Shown: piece by piece, positions 46,601 through 60,289 of the stretch
Position numbering within the stretch: position 1 is the first letter of the stretch
How the letters are laid out: each line of letters starts with the position of its first letter
NCBI GenBank assembly: GCA_001687465.1
Contig: LVLI01000100.1
Coordinates: 1 to 64,000 of the forward strand
DNA from: Halocafeteria seosinensis
Lineage: Eukaryota
Length of the DNA: 64,000 nucleotides
Direction of reading: 5' to 3'
Made by a program: the position numbers and the translations under genes
The notes under the pieces: generated by a model
What the model saw: only the letters and a program-made list of their open reading frames with translations
Database searches by the model: none
What the model was told of the DNA's origin: nothing

Positions 46601-49600
46601 CTAATTGAGCTGGAGAATTGGCAAAGACCTGACGTTGGTACACAGCTAGTGACAAGATCATCGCCTGTGATGTCCTCGTTGCTGAATAAAACCATTGCCA
46701 CAGATCCAGACGGCGATCGCATCTTTACGGAATTTAGTAGATGTGATCTGGGCACCTTTTGTGACGCTTTTTCTTTGACGAAAAGCGGTACAGTTACTGT
46801 TAAAGATAATTCGTTGCTGGATTGGACCCGCCCCGGCCAGTTACCACAGTTTATCCTTGTAAAATATTTTGACAAAATCACCAAACCAGTGGAAAGGACG
46901 TTTCCTGTTCATGTCCAAGGCTTGAGGGAAGCCCCCAGCGTAGTAACGTCATCATTCTCGATGAGTGAGTCATTCGTTGGATTGCTTGGAGAGCTTGAAG
47001 GAGACGATAAGGAAGGCGCAGCTTTGAGATTCGAACTTCTCAATGTTGTAACAAACCTCGGTGAATCAGCCGTTTCAGATAGGATCTCCGTCGATCACTC
47101 TGGAAAGGTACACATAAACGAGCCATTCGCAGCTTTCCACTGTGCTAGTGCATGCAATTGTACGAAGCTCTATGAATATGCTATCCTAGAGGTAGTTGCA
47201 GAAGCAATTACCAGTCCCGGAAATAAGCCGGGACCCATGCGATCTGCTCCTAAAGATGTTCGGATCAGTATCACGGTGAACAATAAACCACCGCAGTTTA
47301 CTGGAACGTCAGAAGCGTTGACTGTTAGAGAAGGAGAGGGAGATGTAGGGGTGTTTGATGCCTCGACTTTCTTCTGCGACCGAGAAGGAACTCAGTTGAA
47401 ATTTTCGTTTGAATGGTCGAATGACGAGCCGGAGTACATTGATAACCTCTCTCTTTCAGCGGGAGGAGTGGTGTCTGTGGTATCCCCACTAAATTTTGAG
47501 GCAATTCGAACCATTGGATTGCGCATTTTAGCAACGGATTCTTGGGATAACCCGAAAACGACTGCTGTGAATGTTGACTTAAACGTGGTCGATGTGCCCG
47601 AAGCCCCAACGGTAATAACTAGGCACGCATACGTTGACGAGCTGACAACCTTTGACGATGGACCATTTTCTAAGGTAAACGTGTCAGACCCCGATATCTA
47701 CGCTGATGAAGATGATCCCTATGCCTCCACACCGTCGGAATTTTCTTTTGAACAGCTGGGTTCTGAGGATTTACTTCACTTACACACTGACGGGCGTGTT
47801 TCAATAGCTAACGGGAACATTCCTGATTACACGCTGCTTTATCCTGAACCTCGATACACCATGGATTTCAGGGTGCTTGATGTTGTCAATGCGGTGGAAT
47901 CCAAAAGCACGTTGACCGTGACTGTTTTTCCTGTTCCACGAGCTCCAGAATTCGCTTCGAACCAAAGCTTTCGTTTGGACGCTCTGGCAGAAAGTGGCAC
48001 TCAGATAGGAGTGGTTGATGCAAGAGATCCTAACATTGGGGACAGCTTAGAATTTCGACTTCTGTCGAGCCCGCCCTTTTTGCTCATTGACAATGATGGG
48101 ACGCTGTATTTCGAAGGAGATAATTCGAACCTAATAGAAGGACAGCAATACAACTTCATTGTGGAAGTTAGTGATTTATCCAATATAACGACACTGAGTG
48201 AGCCATTCGAATTGCAAATCGTCGAAGGGGCTCAAGCGCCGTTCTGGAAAAATGATACTGACCTAGCTCGTAAACACCCTCCGGTGGTGAAGGTTAAGGA
48301 GCATTTTTCAGGCGTCGTTCCAGACTTTAGTCCTGAGTGCGTCGATCCCAACGAGGAATCGATTCGGTATCAACTAAGCAACGCTTCTCCGTTTATCTAT
48401 TTGGACATATTTAGGATCCAGGCTGGAACAGGTAGGATTGAAGTAATTGAACCGGATATCCTGGACTACGAAACTATTAAAAGTACTTCTGGTACCCTTG
48501 AAATTGTTTGTCTCGACTCGTTTGGACTACAGGTCGAAGGAACAGTAGTCATAAGCGTTCTAGACTCACCGGAAGCACCGGTCCTTCAGAATGTTCCGGA
48601 TGATCTGGTGCTCTCTGCGTTAGAAACCGATCCTGTGGGGAAGCTTCTCCGATCCATGACAGCATGGGATCAGGACGAAAGTAGCCGCTTCTCGCTATCC
48701 TTCTCGGCAGCGCACTGGTTCCCCGATGTGCCTCTAGATGTGCCCGTCGAGACAACGCAACCATCGTACTCCTTTGACGGGCACACAGCTACGACTAATG
48801 TAACCATTAAATCGGATCTTGATTACTTCGTGCGGTCCCGTTACGTCTTGAATATTACGGTTATGGATGAATCACGTCTCTCTGATAGCAAGGAAGTGGA
48901 ATTTAATGTTCTCTACGTCAATGAGCCACCCACTTTCAATCAATCGGAGTATAGCGTCGAAGTAGCGGAAGATGCAACAGCTAGTTCACCTGTTCAATCC
49001 ATTTTTGGCTATTACCATAGGAATGCAAATATGCATCCCCGATTTGATGTGGTTGGAGGAGAAACGCACTTATTTCACTTCAAAGACGCTACCTTATATC
49101 TATCTGCTAACGCTGATCTGGATTACGAGCGTCAGCAATTTCATTCTATTTCAATACGGATTACTGATGACGCAGGTGGCTATGATGAAGCTAACGTAAC
49201 AATCAAGGTGATCAATGTTAATGACACTGAAGTGCACCGGATTGAATGGGAACCTCATTCTCCTGGAGGAGGTTCGAAATTAGCCATGCACGGGTCGAAC
49301 ATCGGGCCAATTTGGCAAGAAGTCCCCATCTTTGCTCTAGTTCAGTCCAATGATGGTCAGAACTTCTTTCGAAGCAATTGCTCTCGGGAGATGGTATCCT
49401 CCACAGAGTGGAATAATACCCACGCGTGTTGTGTGGTTCCACCAGGAACAGGCCGAAATTTACAATGGACACTTTGGGCTGATGGCGACAAATACTCGGC
49501 TCAGAGCATGGTCACATCGTATGCTCAGCCGATGACTACTGGCATTAGCTACTGGCCGGACAATGCTTCAACGCTTGGCGGTGAGCTAATCCGCGTTGAG

Positions 49601-52600
49601 GGCTTCAATTTTGGGCCAATAACGCTTATCAACTCGGAATGCAAGACATTTCCAACACCGGTGACCGTAGAATATACCGCTTGCGAAGCGTGCCCCCACC
49701 TGGTTGCGGAAGAGTGCGAAATCGTTGTGGACGACCAACTGATAGAATGTAAAACAGCTGAGGGAGTCGGCGCGGAGCTTACCTTTATCACATACATTGG
49801 TTTGGTAAACAGTAACTGGGTGCAGCAGTCCCAATGGTTTAATACCGCTGTAGGATATGCAAGGCCGCACATAGTGGACGTTGTTAACCTGAGGAGTAGC
49901 TTCCCAACAGGCGGTGCACAGAATGCATTTATACTCATTGGGACTAACTTCGGATCGTTCCCTGAAATGACAAAAGTATGGATTTCAAACGGGAATTTCA
50001 CCAAGCACACAGAATGTAAGGCCACTTTCCAAAATCATACCCATTTGTTGTGTAACCTTCCTCCTGGGCTAGGTCACTCCTTTGAGTGGACGGTCTCTGT
50101 AGCAGGACAATTTTCCACAAGAGGAAAAAGTTTTCTTGTTTCATACGATCCTCCTGTTTTGGAAGCAGTAGTAGATCGCACCGGTGGCCAACCCAGACAT
50201 ATGGACACACAGGGGAATGAAGTAGTATTTCTTCGGGGGTCCAACTTTGGCGTTGCCTCAGGCAATTCAAGCGACTCCCTAACTGTTCAATATGGAGACA
50301 GTAGTGGCATGCAGTATTATGGCGTAAATTGTAAAGTCCTAACTGCTCATGTCGAGCTTGAGTGTTTGACATCTCCCGGTGTAGGTCATTCTCATGATTG
50401 GATAGCATTCATTGGATATCAAGCTTCTGATGTACTGACCGATCAAACAGGTTATCATTCTCCTATTGTGACACAGTTTAGCAGGGTCAATTTCTCTGCT
50501 TCTAGCGTGGCAAACCTAGATACCCGCGGTGGTGAGATCGTGGAGATAATCGGGCAATTTTTTGGTCCTCCTGGTGCTAAAGTAGACCGAGCGGTTTACA
50601 AATCTGGCAACGAGACGTATCAGGCACCGGAGTGCGATGTCCTCTCTGACAGCAGCATAGAGTGCTTAACTGCTCCTGGTTCGGGAACGGATCACTATTG
50701 GACGGTAACTGTCGGAGGTCAGGACTCGGAGACGTCAACCACCTCCTATCATCCGCCGGTTATCCGAGGCTTCAGAGGGGTGAATAATACTGACACTGCA
50801 TGTCTTAGTACACTGGGTGGACAGTGGATAGAGATCTTTGGTCAGCATTTCGGTCCTGGCGCAATGAGTGAACAGTCGCTGAACTCTGTAACGTATGGTG
50901 TACGCGGGTATGAGTACTCTGCAAAAGGATGTTTCATTAGGAATCACACAAGCATTTACTGTAAGAGTATTCCCGGTTTCGGAGCTAACCATGTATGGCT
51001 TGTCACAATTTCTGGACAGACTAGCCAACCTAGCACAACTACAACAAGCTACGCTCCTCCACGAATAGCCGACATCAGCCGGCAGATGGGCTCAACTGAT
51101 GGAGGCGAGCTGGTGAGAATTCAAGGGTACGATTTGGGCTATGGGTTGCCAGAGGATGTTTCTCTTAATGTACTTGTCGATAGCCAAGGCCTACAAGACA
51201 CTCTAGGTCTTCCTTCTTCTCAACTGATCGAGTATATAGGGCGGCTACAAACATCCCCTGGCGGCGTTTCTGAAGGAATGTTCAATTCCGGGTTTCCCTT
51301 GACAGTTGCTCAGTCTTGGTGGGAAGGAACGACGCGAGTTTCCGCAAGTGTAAATATAGTGTCTCAGTCGTTCGACCTACAGGATTTGGAATTTACGATG
51401 CCTGAAGGGTTTGGCGTAGAGAGGGTTGTAGCAGTTGTTGTAGAAGACAGGAGCTCTTTTCCTGTCCGTTACTCCTACCAAGCACCGGAGATTCAAAATG
51501 TGGCTCCTAGACTACCAAAGCCAGGCAGTCAAGAGATGGAAGTAAAAATCGACGGACGGAACTTTTGTCGAGGTCCTTCGTGCAAGGAACGATCATGTTG
51601 CGGTCGACTCTTTGTAGACGGGAAGGTATTCAATATAGCCCCCGACACTTATTCCCATAGTTCGATAACGTTCTTAATCGTTCCTGAACTGGAACACACC
51701 GTGCAAATTGAAGTATTGGATCAACCTCAGAGTTCTGTCAAATGGACGTTTAAGGATGAGGCTCCTTCGATATCTAGCCAGACTGAGTTCCAAGATGTAC
51801 CAGAATTTTCTACAGCCGGTGGTGAGAGGTTGTGGATTTATGACATTGGTGGACTTCGGTTCCCTAGTGATAAGGCCCAGCCTGAACTTATCAATGTAAC
51901 TATTGGGTCTCAACATAGACTTTGTAGGGATGTACGGGTAAAATACTCCCTAGAACGACCCAGCAACATTAGTTGCGTAGTGCCGGCGTGGGTAGGAAGA
52001 AACTTGGATGTGTTTGTACAAGTTGGTGAAATGCGTTCGGCATCCGGCGATTTCAGGATTAGTTATGCACCTCCCCAGGTTGACTGTGTCGTTTTCGAAA
52101 ATTCGGTGGTTTATGGGGAACCGTCTAAATGCCCCGCTATTGACAACAAGAGGAGAGGACTGGCTTCAGATGGTATCCCCACGGAGGGTGCTACTGTCTC
52201 TGTCCACGGATCAAATTTCGGAAACCCGGAACTAGGCGGACCCAACACGGATATTGTGAGCACTATATCGGCGTTTCAGACAGACGTCGATATTGTTCAG
52301 CACTCCCACAGCAAACTGGTGCTACGGCTACCCCCAGGAGCAGGGACAGAGAATTCAACAGGGCCTACGTACCGCTTTTCCGTTGGGCAGCGAGAGAATA
52401 GTGTTGCTTTTTCTTTTGATTATGCACCTCCAATTATAGAGTATGTGACTCCGGGAACAATCCCAACCCTCCCATCTAATACGGCAATCCGAATAATCGG
52501 TAAGAACTTTGGGCCATCATCACCTACGAAGAGTGGTGAGTTGGACTTTGTCCCTACTGTACGGGTCTTGATCAACGAAAAGGGATGTCGACTCAGGTGG

Positions 52601-55600
52601 TCAAACCATACGATGATAGAGTGCTTTCCACCTTCCGGTCAAGGTGACAATGTGGAAGTTAAAGTGTTTGTAGAGGACCAGGGAGATTCATCGGTGGGGA
52701 TGCTTCGATACAGCGGCCCGAGCATAGAAAGCATTCTCCCTTCCCGTGGGCCTACAACTGGAATGGACAATGGTGAAGCGTTTACCATAATTCTCGAATC
52801 TACTGAGTTGAACAACTTTGGCGAAGATGGCATTGTGGAATTACATGCTCAACATACTATTTACATTCCGGAGCGCCCCGTCTTTAATCACTCACATATC
52901 GTGTTTGGTTTGCCCGAAGGTTACGGTGGGGACTTAGATGTCAAGGTGGTCGTGAATGGGTACAATGCGGATTCTGGTACCGACTGGCTTCGAGCTGCAT
53001 TTTCTTACTTCTTACCCGAGGTACATCAGATTCGTCGCCTTGAGAATGACCTTGTTACTTTTCGAGATTGCACCCCCTCTCGGCAGTGTGATTCCTACGA
53101 GGGGCGACGGACGTGTTTTGATCGTCACCCACAATGCTTTCCTACGAGAGGAGGTGCTCCAGTCGCAGTCATTGGAGACAATTTTGGACCAGACCCCTCT
53201 GTTGTAGCAGTCTATATGGGGGAAGTCAAGTGTGACAATGACCGTGTGGACATGCGCAATCGTTTTTCTCACTCGAAAATCTTATGCACTCTCCCAGAGC
53301 ATGTTGGCACTGATGTCCCTGTGGTGGTCAGTGTACAGGAGCGGAAGTCTCATGAACAGTTATCGTTTTCTTACGATCCTCCTGTCATAGATACGGTGGT
53401 CCCCAATACACCCGATGCTCAAGGTGAAGAAATAACAATCCGAGGGCAAAATTTTGGTCCTAGCGGCCAGTCAGTGTCAGTTTTTGTCAGTAATTTGACC
53501 TGCAAGAACGCGTTCGTCCTAGGCCACAATGAACTGAGCTGCAAAATGCAAGCTGATGTTGTTGGACCGAAAAGCGTCGACATTAGCGTTGCTGAGCAAT
53601 CTGTACGATTCTCGGCCTGGCAAGAGCTGGTTGTAGCCAAATGTATGCAGGATTGGTATGGGCTGGAGGGTGAAAAATGCCTATACTGCCCCGAAGAAGA
53701 GATAGGTGCTGTGTGTCCCGGAGGTGAGCTATACATTGATTTGGTCATTTCTGACGAGGGCTTTTGGCGTGTGAATGACAGTACCCCGTCGGAGAGGTGC
53801 CACGACGCTCGGCAAAATAGGGAAAAGTGTCCCGTATTTTTACCGTGTGAGCCAACTTGGGCATGTGCGGTAGGCAACAAGTGTACCGAAGGCTACACGG
53901 GTCAACGCTGTAGTTCCTGTAGTGGAGGCACGCATTTTCGCATCAACGGAGTCTGCCAAAAATGCCCCAACCATGCTTGGCTACTTGGTGTTTTCATCGG
54001 TCTTGCAGCGATCGGTGGGTGTACTGGAGCGTACCTCATTAACTCCAAGGGTCTGCGCCTGGCAGCCTTTACAATAGGCGTTGACTACTTTCAAGTGTTG
54101 GCCATGTTTGCTCGTACTCGAGTCCGGTGGCCTCATGTGATGGAGAGAACGCTTCAGATAATGTCGTTTTTCAATTTAAACCTTGAGTTGGCGGCTCCGG
54201 AGTGTTATATGAAGCCGGCTCCACCGTATGAATCCAAATGGATGGTCACTATGGGGTTACCACTTCTGGCATTGGCACTACTTTGCCTACTATACGTACT
54301 CCACTATTTGTACAAACTGGTGATCTTACGACGTCCATCGAGCAGACGGCATTCGCACATGAATGCGATAATTGCCACAGCTATCGTGATTTTGTATGTA
54401 CTGTATCTCTTCTTGACGCGGACGACGTTAGATGTCTTCAATTGTGCTCCCACGGATCCGCCTGATGGGAACCTATACATGGCCGGCAACACGAACATAA
54501 TATGCGGGGAAAGCAGCGTTCATGTCGAGTTGTTGCTACCATTAGCTCTTCTAGCTACGGTAGTTTACGTCGCTGGGTTCCCTATTGGATCGTTTCTGCT
54601 ATTGCGCCGCAATAAAACGAAAGTGAAGACGGACCAAATCCTGAGAGCTCATTCTACCGGGAGATCCGTGTTAGAGAATCCGTACTACGTGTTCCGGCGC
54701 CGTTACCAAAGGTTATACAACCTCTTTAAGCCTGGGAAGTGGTACTGGATCCTGATAATTCTTGGTCGGAAGTTTCTCATAGCAGTAACGGCTCTAATCT
54801 TTCGTGCTAGCCCAGTATACCAGTTAGCCATGGCCCTCCTTGTAATATTCGTGGCGTACATTCTCCAGGTCCGTAATCAGCCATATATGAGCATGTTGGA
54901 CTATAGTGATGTAATCGAAGAGCACAAGAAGAAACTCGAGGAAGGAGATGAATTACATATGCGCATTCAAACAACTATAGACGCGAATAACGCACAGAAT
55001 GTGAAAAAGGCACGACAGGCTTCTACGTGGGCCCACCAAGAGCAGAAGCGATTGCTTGAGAAAAAACGATCACTACATATGTCACAGCAAGTTGTATTAT
55101 ACTTGTTAGACTACAATACCGTTGAGGCCTTGCTTCTCTCAAGCACTATATTGGTGAATTTGGCCGGCATTATGTTTCTGTCAAGTCGATTCGACGGGGA
55201 ATCATTGCAGTATTATAGGGGAGAATTTGAAGCATTAGGTATCCTAACTATGTTAATTGTGGTCATCTCTACATTGTATTTTATTTGCGTTTTTGTATTC
55301 GAGCTTGTAAACAATTTGAGTCCAGAGAAAGCAATGGAGCTTTTGGCGATGTGTTCATGCGGCCGCACAGTATCCTCTTCTGAAATGGGCGTTCGAACGG
55401 ACGCATCCAACAGTGCCATTGACACCAATGTTGAAACGCATACCAATCCTCTTGCAATTGCTAGCGTGAGCCAAACCGACGGAACACGACAGACTAGCCG
55501 AAACGAAGATGAAGCTGGTGAACATGATCCAAACGGCGCGTTAAGAGTTGAGCTGGAGAATATGCGGAAGGAAGTACATGCACTCAAAGAAGAAAATTCA

Positions 55601-55768
55601 AAATTGAAGAGCCACCATGTTCAGCCAGTAAAACTACGTGCGAAGCAGAAGCAAACCTTTGAGCAATATCAGACGCGTAATTCGAATGTGTTGAAGGGAA
55701 AAGCTAAACAGGGCAAACGGGGACTCGGGGATTGGCAACGTACCTCGAAAAGCACTCGTGAACTGTGA
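43660..55768 (+). CDS. Giant (~4010 aa) 9-TM cadherin-domain protein, 'nonagonal cadherin'-like: signal peptide, Cys-rich repeats, cadherin repeats, LamG, IPT/TIG repeats, 9 TM, coiled-coil tail (exons 43660-43827, 43895-55768)
   Basis: Signal MLWGKLSRVLLLMVCMLGALPTCVLS. CPAGxY repeats. Cadherin Ca-binding motifs (DPDGD, LNFE/LDYE, VVDVPEAP, VNEPP). LamG (WSHVCITY...IYYDG...LRIYGRELS). Repeated G.NFGP/SY.PP IPT units. Nine hydrophobic segments near the C-terminus. Phase-0 intron 43828-43894. Confidence 0.88.
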
Positions 55769-57085
55769 GTTACGGATCGCTCCTCCTGAGGGGCGGTAAA
55801 CCCTGTCACCATTGCTGCGTCAGATACGAGTAATCGGGGTACGGTAAGCATGTAGTGTAGCGCCACCTGCTCTGTGGTTCTCTAGTTCTCGGCTATACTA
55901 GCTCCGCAGTGCCTATCGTAGCTTTTTAACGGATTACCGTTGTTGGTACGTCTCCACTTGGCGACCAACTGCAATTCGCATATACCACCACCGTAGAGTG
56001 GTTGCACGAGAAAGCCACGATATGACATGGATGATCCAGGGACAGCGTCCTGTTAAAGCCAACGGCGTGACGACCGTAGTAAAATGTACACAAAGAAATA
56101 ATTTTGATTTTAGAAGAACCACAGGAGGAACTAAAACATGTTCGCAACTTCCTGTTGAACATACACTCGTAGAGGGTTGTTCACTCGAACAAACTCTTTT
56201 CGAAAAAGGTGGATGCCACTGGACAATACTCATACTGTGCCCGTGGTACTGTGACATTCTGCCAAAACTAAATGCCCTAGATAATCGTTGTCTCTAACCT
56301 GTTTGTTGTGTTCCAATGCGATACAGAACACTTACGGACGAATGTTAAAATTTCATATCTGTTTACGTGGCCACGTCAAGTTCAGATTCTTCGGAAATGC
56401 TTAACACGGGAATCCAACACCCGAGTACTGTATTGACTAGGTGGGAAGTACCGCTGTCATTTGGCAACATGAAGGTATCCAGAAGATTCTGAGCTACCTA
56501 CTGTTGTCAGAGCTTGTCATTCACAACACAGTGGCGTTTTACACCTTCAGCACTTCGCCTCCTCTCACGTTGCACAGTACGGGATGACTTCCGGACTTCA
56601 GCTTCAGCTTCCATGCCAGTCCTCTTACACTTTTTGACTTTACGTGATGAAAATTGAGCTCCTATACCGCAAAACCTTGCAGCAAGTCTTCATTCACAGA
56701 AACCAGGAAGCTGTGGACAGCTGGTCCCAAACAAACCCGGCGCCAACAGTCGACGATCAGACAAATCGCGGAACTGTAATCACAAGGAACTGGACCAAAT
56801 CGTCTAAGCTAGGTAGGCTGTCGGTAACAACTCAGTGAATGCGTCCGTAAATGTAAGTTCCAAACCCCTTGGAGAAAAGAAGAGAAAGAAACGATAATCC
56901 AGAGTATTTCATGCCAAGAAGGATTCCTTTCTTTTGGCCGATAACGTTTGTCCCAGTCATTGTTTCAATCCTGTTCGACATGTTGAAGTTACCTGATCCT
57001 CCGGCGGGACTCCTACAAATTCACTCTCTATGTTGGATTGACAACAACATTGCTCTAAGAGATTCGATGCTCGTATTGCAGGACG

Positions 57086-59136
57086 ATGGAGGGAGGAAAT
57101 AGTAACGTCAACGCCATGGAAGCACGCTTCCGAAGTCCTATGCGCTTGCAGGTGACTGGAGGGCGAGACCACACTTCTCAGTCTATGCAGCCTTCCAATA
57201 TGGGTCCCCCACCTCCAAAGATGCCTAGGAGACAACAGGAGAAGAAGAAGAAGGTCGTGCTTGACGAAGATGAGTGGCTGCAGCGCATTGAAAACATAAT
57301 CGAGAGGCATTTCTTCCCTGATTTACAGCAATTACAGCAGCAGAAAGAGGTACGTGACCTATCTATACACACGACATCAAAATGTTATTCACTTTCGACA
57401 ACTAAGTGCAGTGGTTAGATGCTCTCAAAAGTAAGGATCCACAGAAAATCAACCAAGCCAAGAAACGCATCAAGACGGCCATCCGAGAGAAGCGCCACGC
57501 TCTAGGTGAAACTCCCCTGGCGACGCCACATTCATCTAGCAGCAGCAGCGCAGCTGGTGCTTCAGTGGCTGGCTCAGTAAGGTCCTCTGCCGGGAGTGCG
57601 ACAGGAGGCTCTCGAAAGAGAAAAGCGAAAGATGAATGGGATGATCTAACTCCTTTGAGAGACACTGAGCAACATGAAGAGACGCGAACTCAGGAACCTC
57701 GTCATTCGAACGCGCAGGATAGCGATCGAGAAGATTCCAGTAACATGAGATTAAACGAGTTTTTCACCAAGTATACCAGTGAAGACAATGCCGCCTTGGA
57801 CCAGCTGCTGGAAAAGGTAGAACAGGAACATAAGCGCAAGTTTTGGTGGGCGTACGAGAGACATGATGAAGGACCCCGTCTGCAACAATTGACCAACGGC
57901 ACAGCTACCGGTCATGCACTAGATGCGCTGCATCAACAGCGATTAGAAGATCAGAAAAAAGTTCGCTCCGAGATTACGTACGAAGGAGAAAAGCCTGCAC
58001 ACGTAAATACCTGGCCACATCGTCTTGAGAACCATCTACATAACGTTCCGGACTTAGATAATACAAGAGATGTGTGTGCGCTATCCCCGTCCAATGAACA
58101 GAAGAAGCTAAGCACGGGACAAACGACCCTGCCATTAGAAGATAGGTCCAGAACAGAACTAGTGCGATATGAACCTGGTTCGAGTTCGACCGCGCTGACT
58201 GTGCCATCAGAGACGATCAATAAGGATGGTGGCGTGAGCAAACCCAAGGCTTTGTCGTTTAAGGCTACAAGGTTCGATGGTAAATTCCTCTCCGCCCAGA
58301 GGGCCAAGGCAGAGAATGCCACGCAGAATCAGATTACTGAAGAAGAAAAAGAGGGGCGTAATCCGGCTGTCCCGAATTACGCTCTGGAAAGACCCCATGT
58401 CGCGGGGCAAAACGCACTTGAATTAGATCCTGAGCAGCAGGAGGAACAGAAGAGTAGGTCTGCAAATGCTCAATCGGGGACCACAGTAAACGGTTACGGG
58501 TTCGAAGCTACACCCTCTCCCATGCCGGGGGCTGGAGATGGAGCGGCGGTCAATCGTACGCCGGAAGTAACTTGGGGTAGGATTGATGGTACCCCTTTAG
58601 TAATCGGGCAGGGTGATTCTGCTACCGGAAGCAATGAAGAGTCAGACGACGAAGAAGATGTTGACATCGAGAAGTGGCTGGAAGAGAATCTCTTGCAATA
58701 TAGAGACAACAACAAAAGCAGCAGTGGATTTGAAGCAGCCTCTTCTTTCTCTGTTGCCGAACCATCTCAAAGAGATATACAAGGTCGCAAACTAGCGGAT
58801 AAAGCTAAGATAGATCGAGGAAAATTGTACAGCAACCAAAGGAAGAGAGGACTAGAATCTGGAGCAAGACCATCGGAAACTGCCTTCGGAGTCGCTCGAC
58901 AGAGGAGAGATTCAGTTTCATCTGGTGGGTCAGATACGGAGCGCGGCAAAGTCTCCGGGTATCGGTCGGCACGAAACGTAAGCTCTCTTACGCCTTCTCA
59001 GCGTTTATCTTCACTATCGCCGGCTGCTCAGTCTTTAGCCAAGAAAATGGGAGTACGCCGCGGGGATACACCACTCAGCGGCCGGAACTCGTCGCGAAAG
59101 AAAGCGTCCTACGGAAAAACTCCTACTATGTCGTAG
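57086..59136 (+). CDS. ESS2: Splicing factor ESS2/DGCR14 (Es2) homolog (intron 57350-57411)
   Basis: 'VLDEDEWLQRIENIIERHFFPDL', 'LNEFFTKYTSEDNA', 'NGYGFEATPSPMPG', 'TWGRIDGTPL', 'LSPAAQSL'. Confidence 0.92.
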
Positions 59137-59230
59137 ATGAAATTAAGAGCCTTGTGTTTATCGGGTGTTATGTGATACATGTTGGTGGTGTGGGCAGACA
59201 CATTAATGTTCATTGACCCAGCGTATGGGA

Positions 59231-60289
59231 CTAAGTGTTGGCGGCGAATCCCGGCCTTGGAGCGTACTCGCAATCAGGTTGCTGCGGAACATAAGCATTT
59301 ATGATTCGTAAAGAAATCGTGGGCTAGGTTATGTTCAAGCAGACATTTCCGTACCTGGTACGTTGGCTCCGGTGAGTTCCAGAATTTGTTGAATCCGGCG
59401 TTATTGAGCCATTTCTGCAAACGATCTATCCACGTAAAGAGTTCAGTGAGTGAGGATAGAACCACGGATGCTTACCAAGACTCCTTGTTCATCATTTTCA
59501 CGGAAGCTTGCTGGGTCTCGTGCAAGTACGAATAAAGAGGCCTCGAAACCATCGGAAACTACTGCGTAGGAGTACAAGTTCTCTGCTCCGTAGTTTTGAG
59601 GACCTAGCTTGACGATCCTGTAGCTCGTATGGACACTTCGGGGTGGATGATCACTTCAGTTTGTTGTTCGAAGCACACTCACCAGTACGGTGCGGGGAAG
59701 GGGGCTCCACCAAACAAGACTACACTGAGCTTCGCTGGAGCTTCGGTTGCATTCTCCTGCATTGCCAACTCGTTAATGATTTTCGTAGTAATGGAGAATG
59801 TATCGATGGACATGCACACACCCTATATGCGTATCCGTGGATGCTTTTCAACGTTCCATTCGGAGTCAATTGCCGTTGCGCGTTGAATACGGACACACTA
59901 CCATTCGAGAATAATCCATAGTCTGCAATACGACTAGACGAATGAGAGACGAGTTCGGCAATTATTTCAACTACTACCTGTACCTGCTGTTAAGCATTTC
60001 CCATTCAACTCGAACGTCTTGTTGTTCAGAACATCCGTGTACATTTGGTACCATCTTCCAAGGTACTTTGATACATCGAGCGCTGCGCGATCACGATACA
60101 TGGTGCAAGCATGCTGCACTCAAAAACATGGGCTTACTTACATGGAACTGGTTCGATTCCAAGGGCTTGGCGCGACCCGCTTGGGCTTAATCCTTGGTCT
60201 GCACGCAAACCTGAAGGGGAAGCGGACACGGTCACAATGGCAAAGGCCAAACAGAGAACCAGTGAGTTCATGCTGGATGATGTCTTCAT
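59231..60289 (-). CDS. Secreted lipocalin (ApoD/Blc-like), 7 exons: 60289(or 60271)-60142, 60082-59984, 59922-59822, 59756-59683, 59617-59476, 59414-59355, 59281-59231
   Basis: Manual splicing gives MNSLVLCLAFAIVTVSAS...VPSLDVSKYLGRWYQMY (SCR1 GxW)...CLTADYGL...VSVFNAQ...PAPYWIVKLGP...YSYAVVSD...SLFVLARDP (SCR3)...TYQQPDCEY. All six introns are GT-AG and in phase. Confidence 0.9.

Noticed and set aside
43676..55587. Numerous 60-165 aa ORFs within or antisense to the giant cadherin
   Set aside because: Shadow ORFs of a long coding sequence with no independent evidence.
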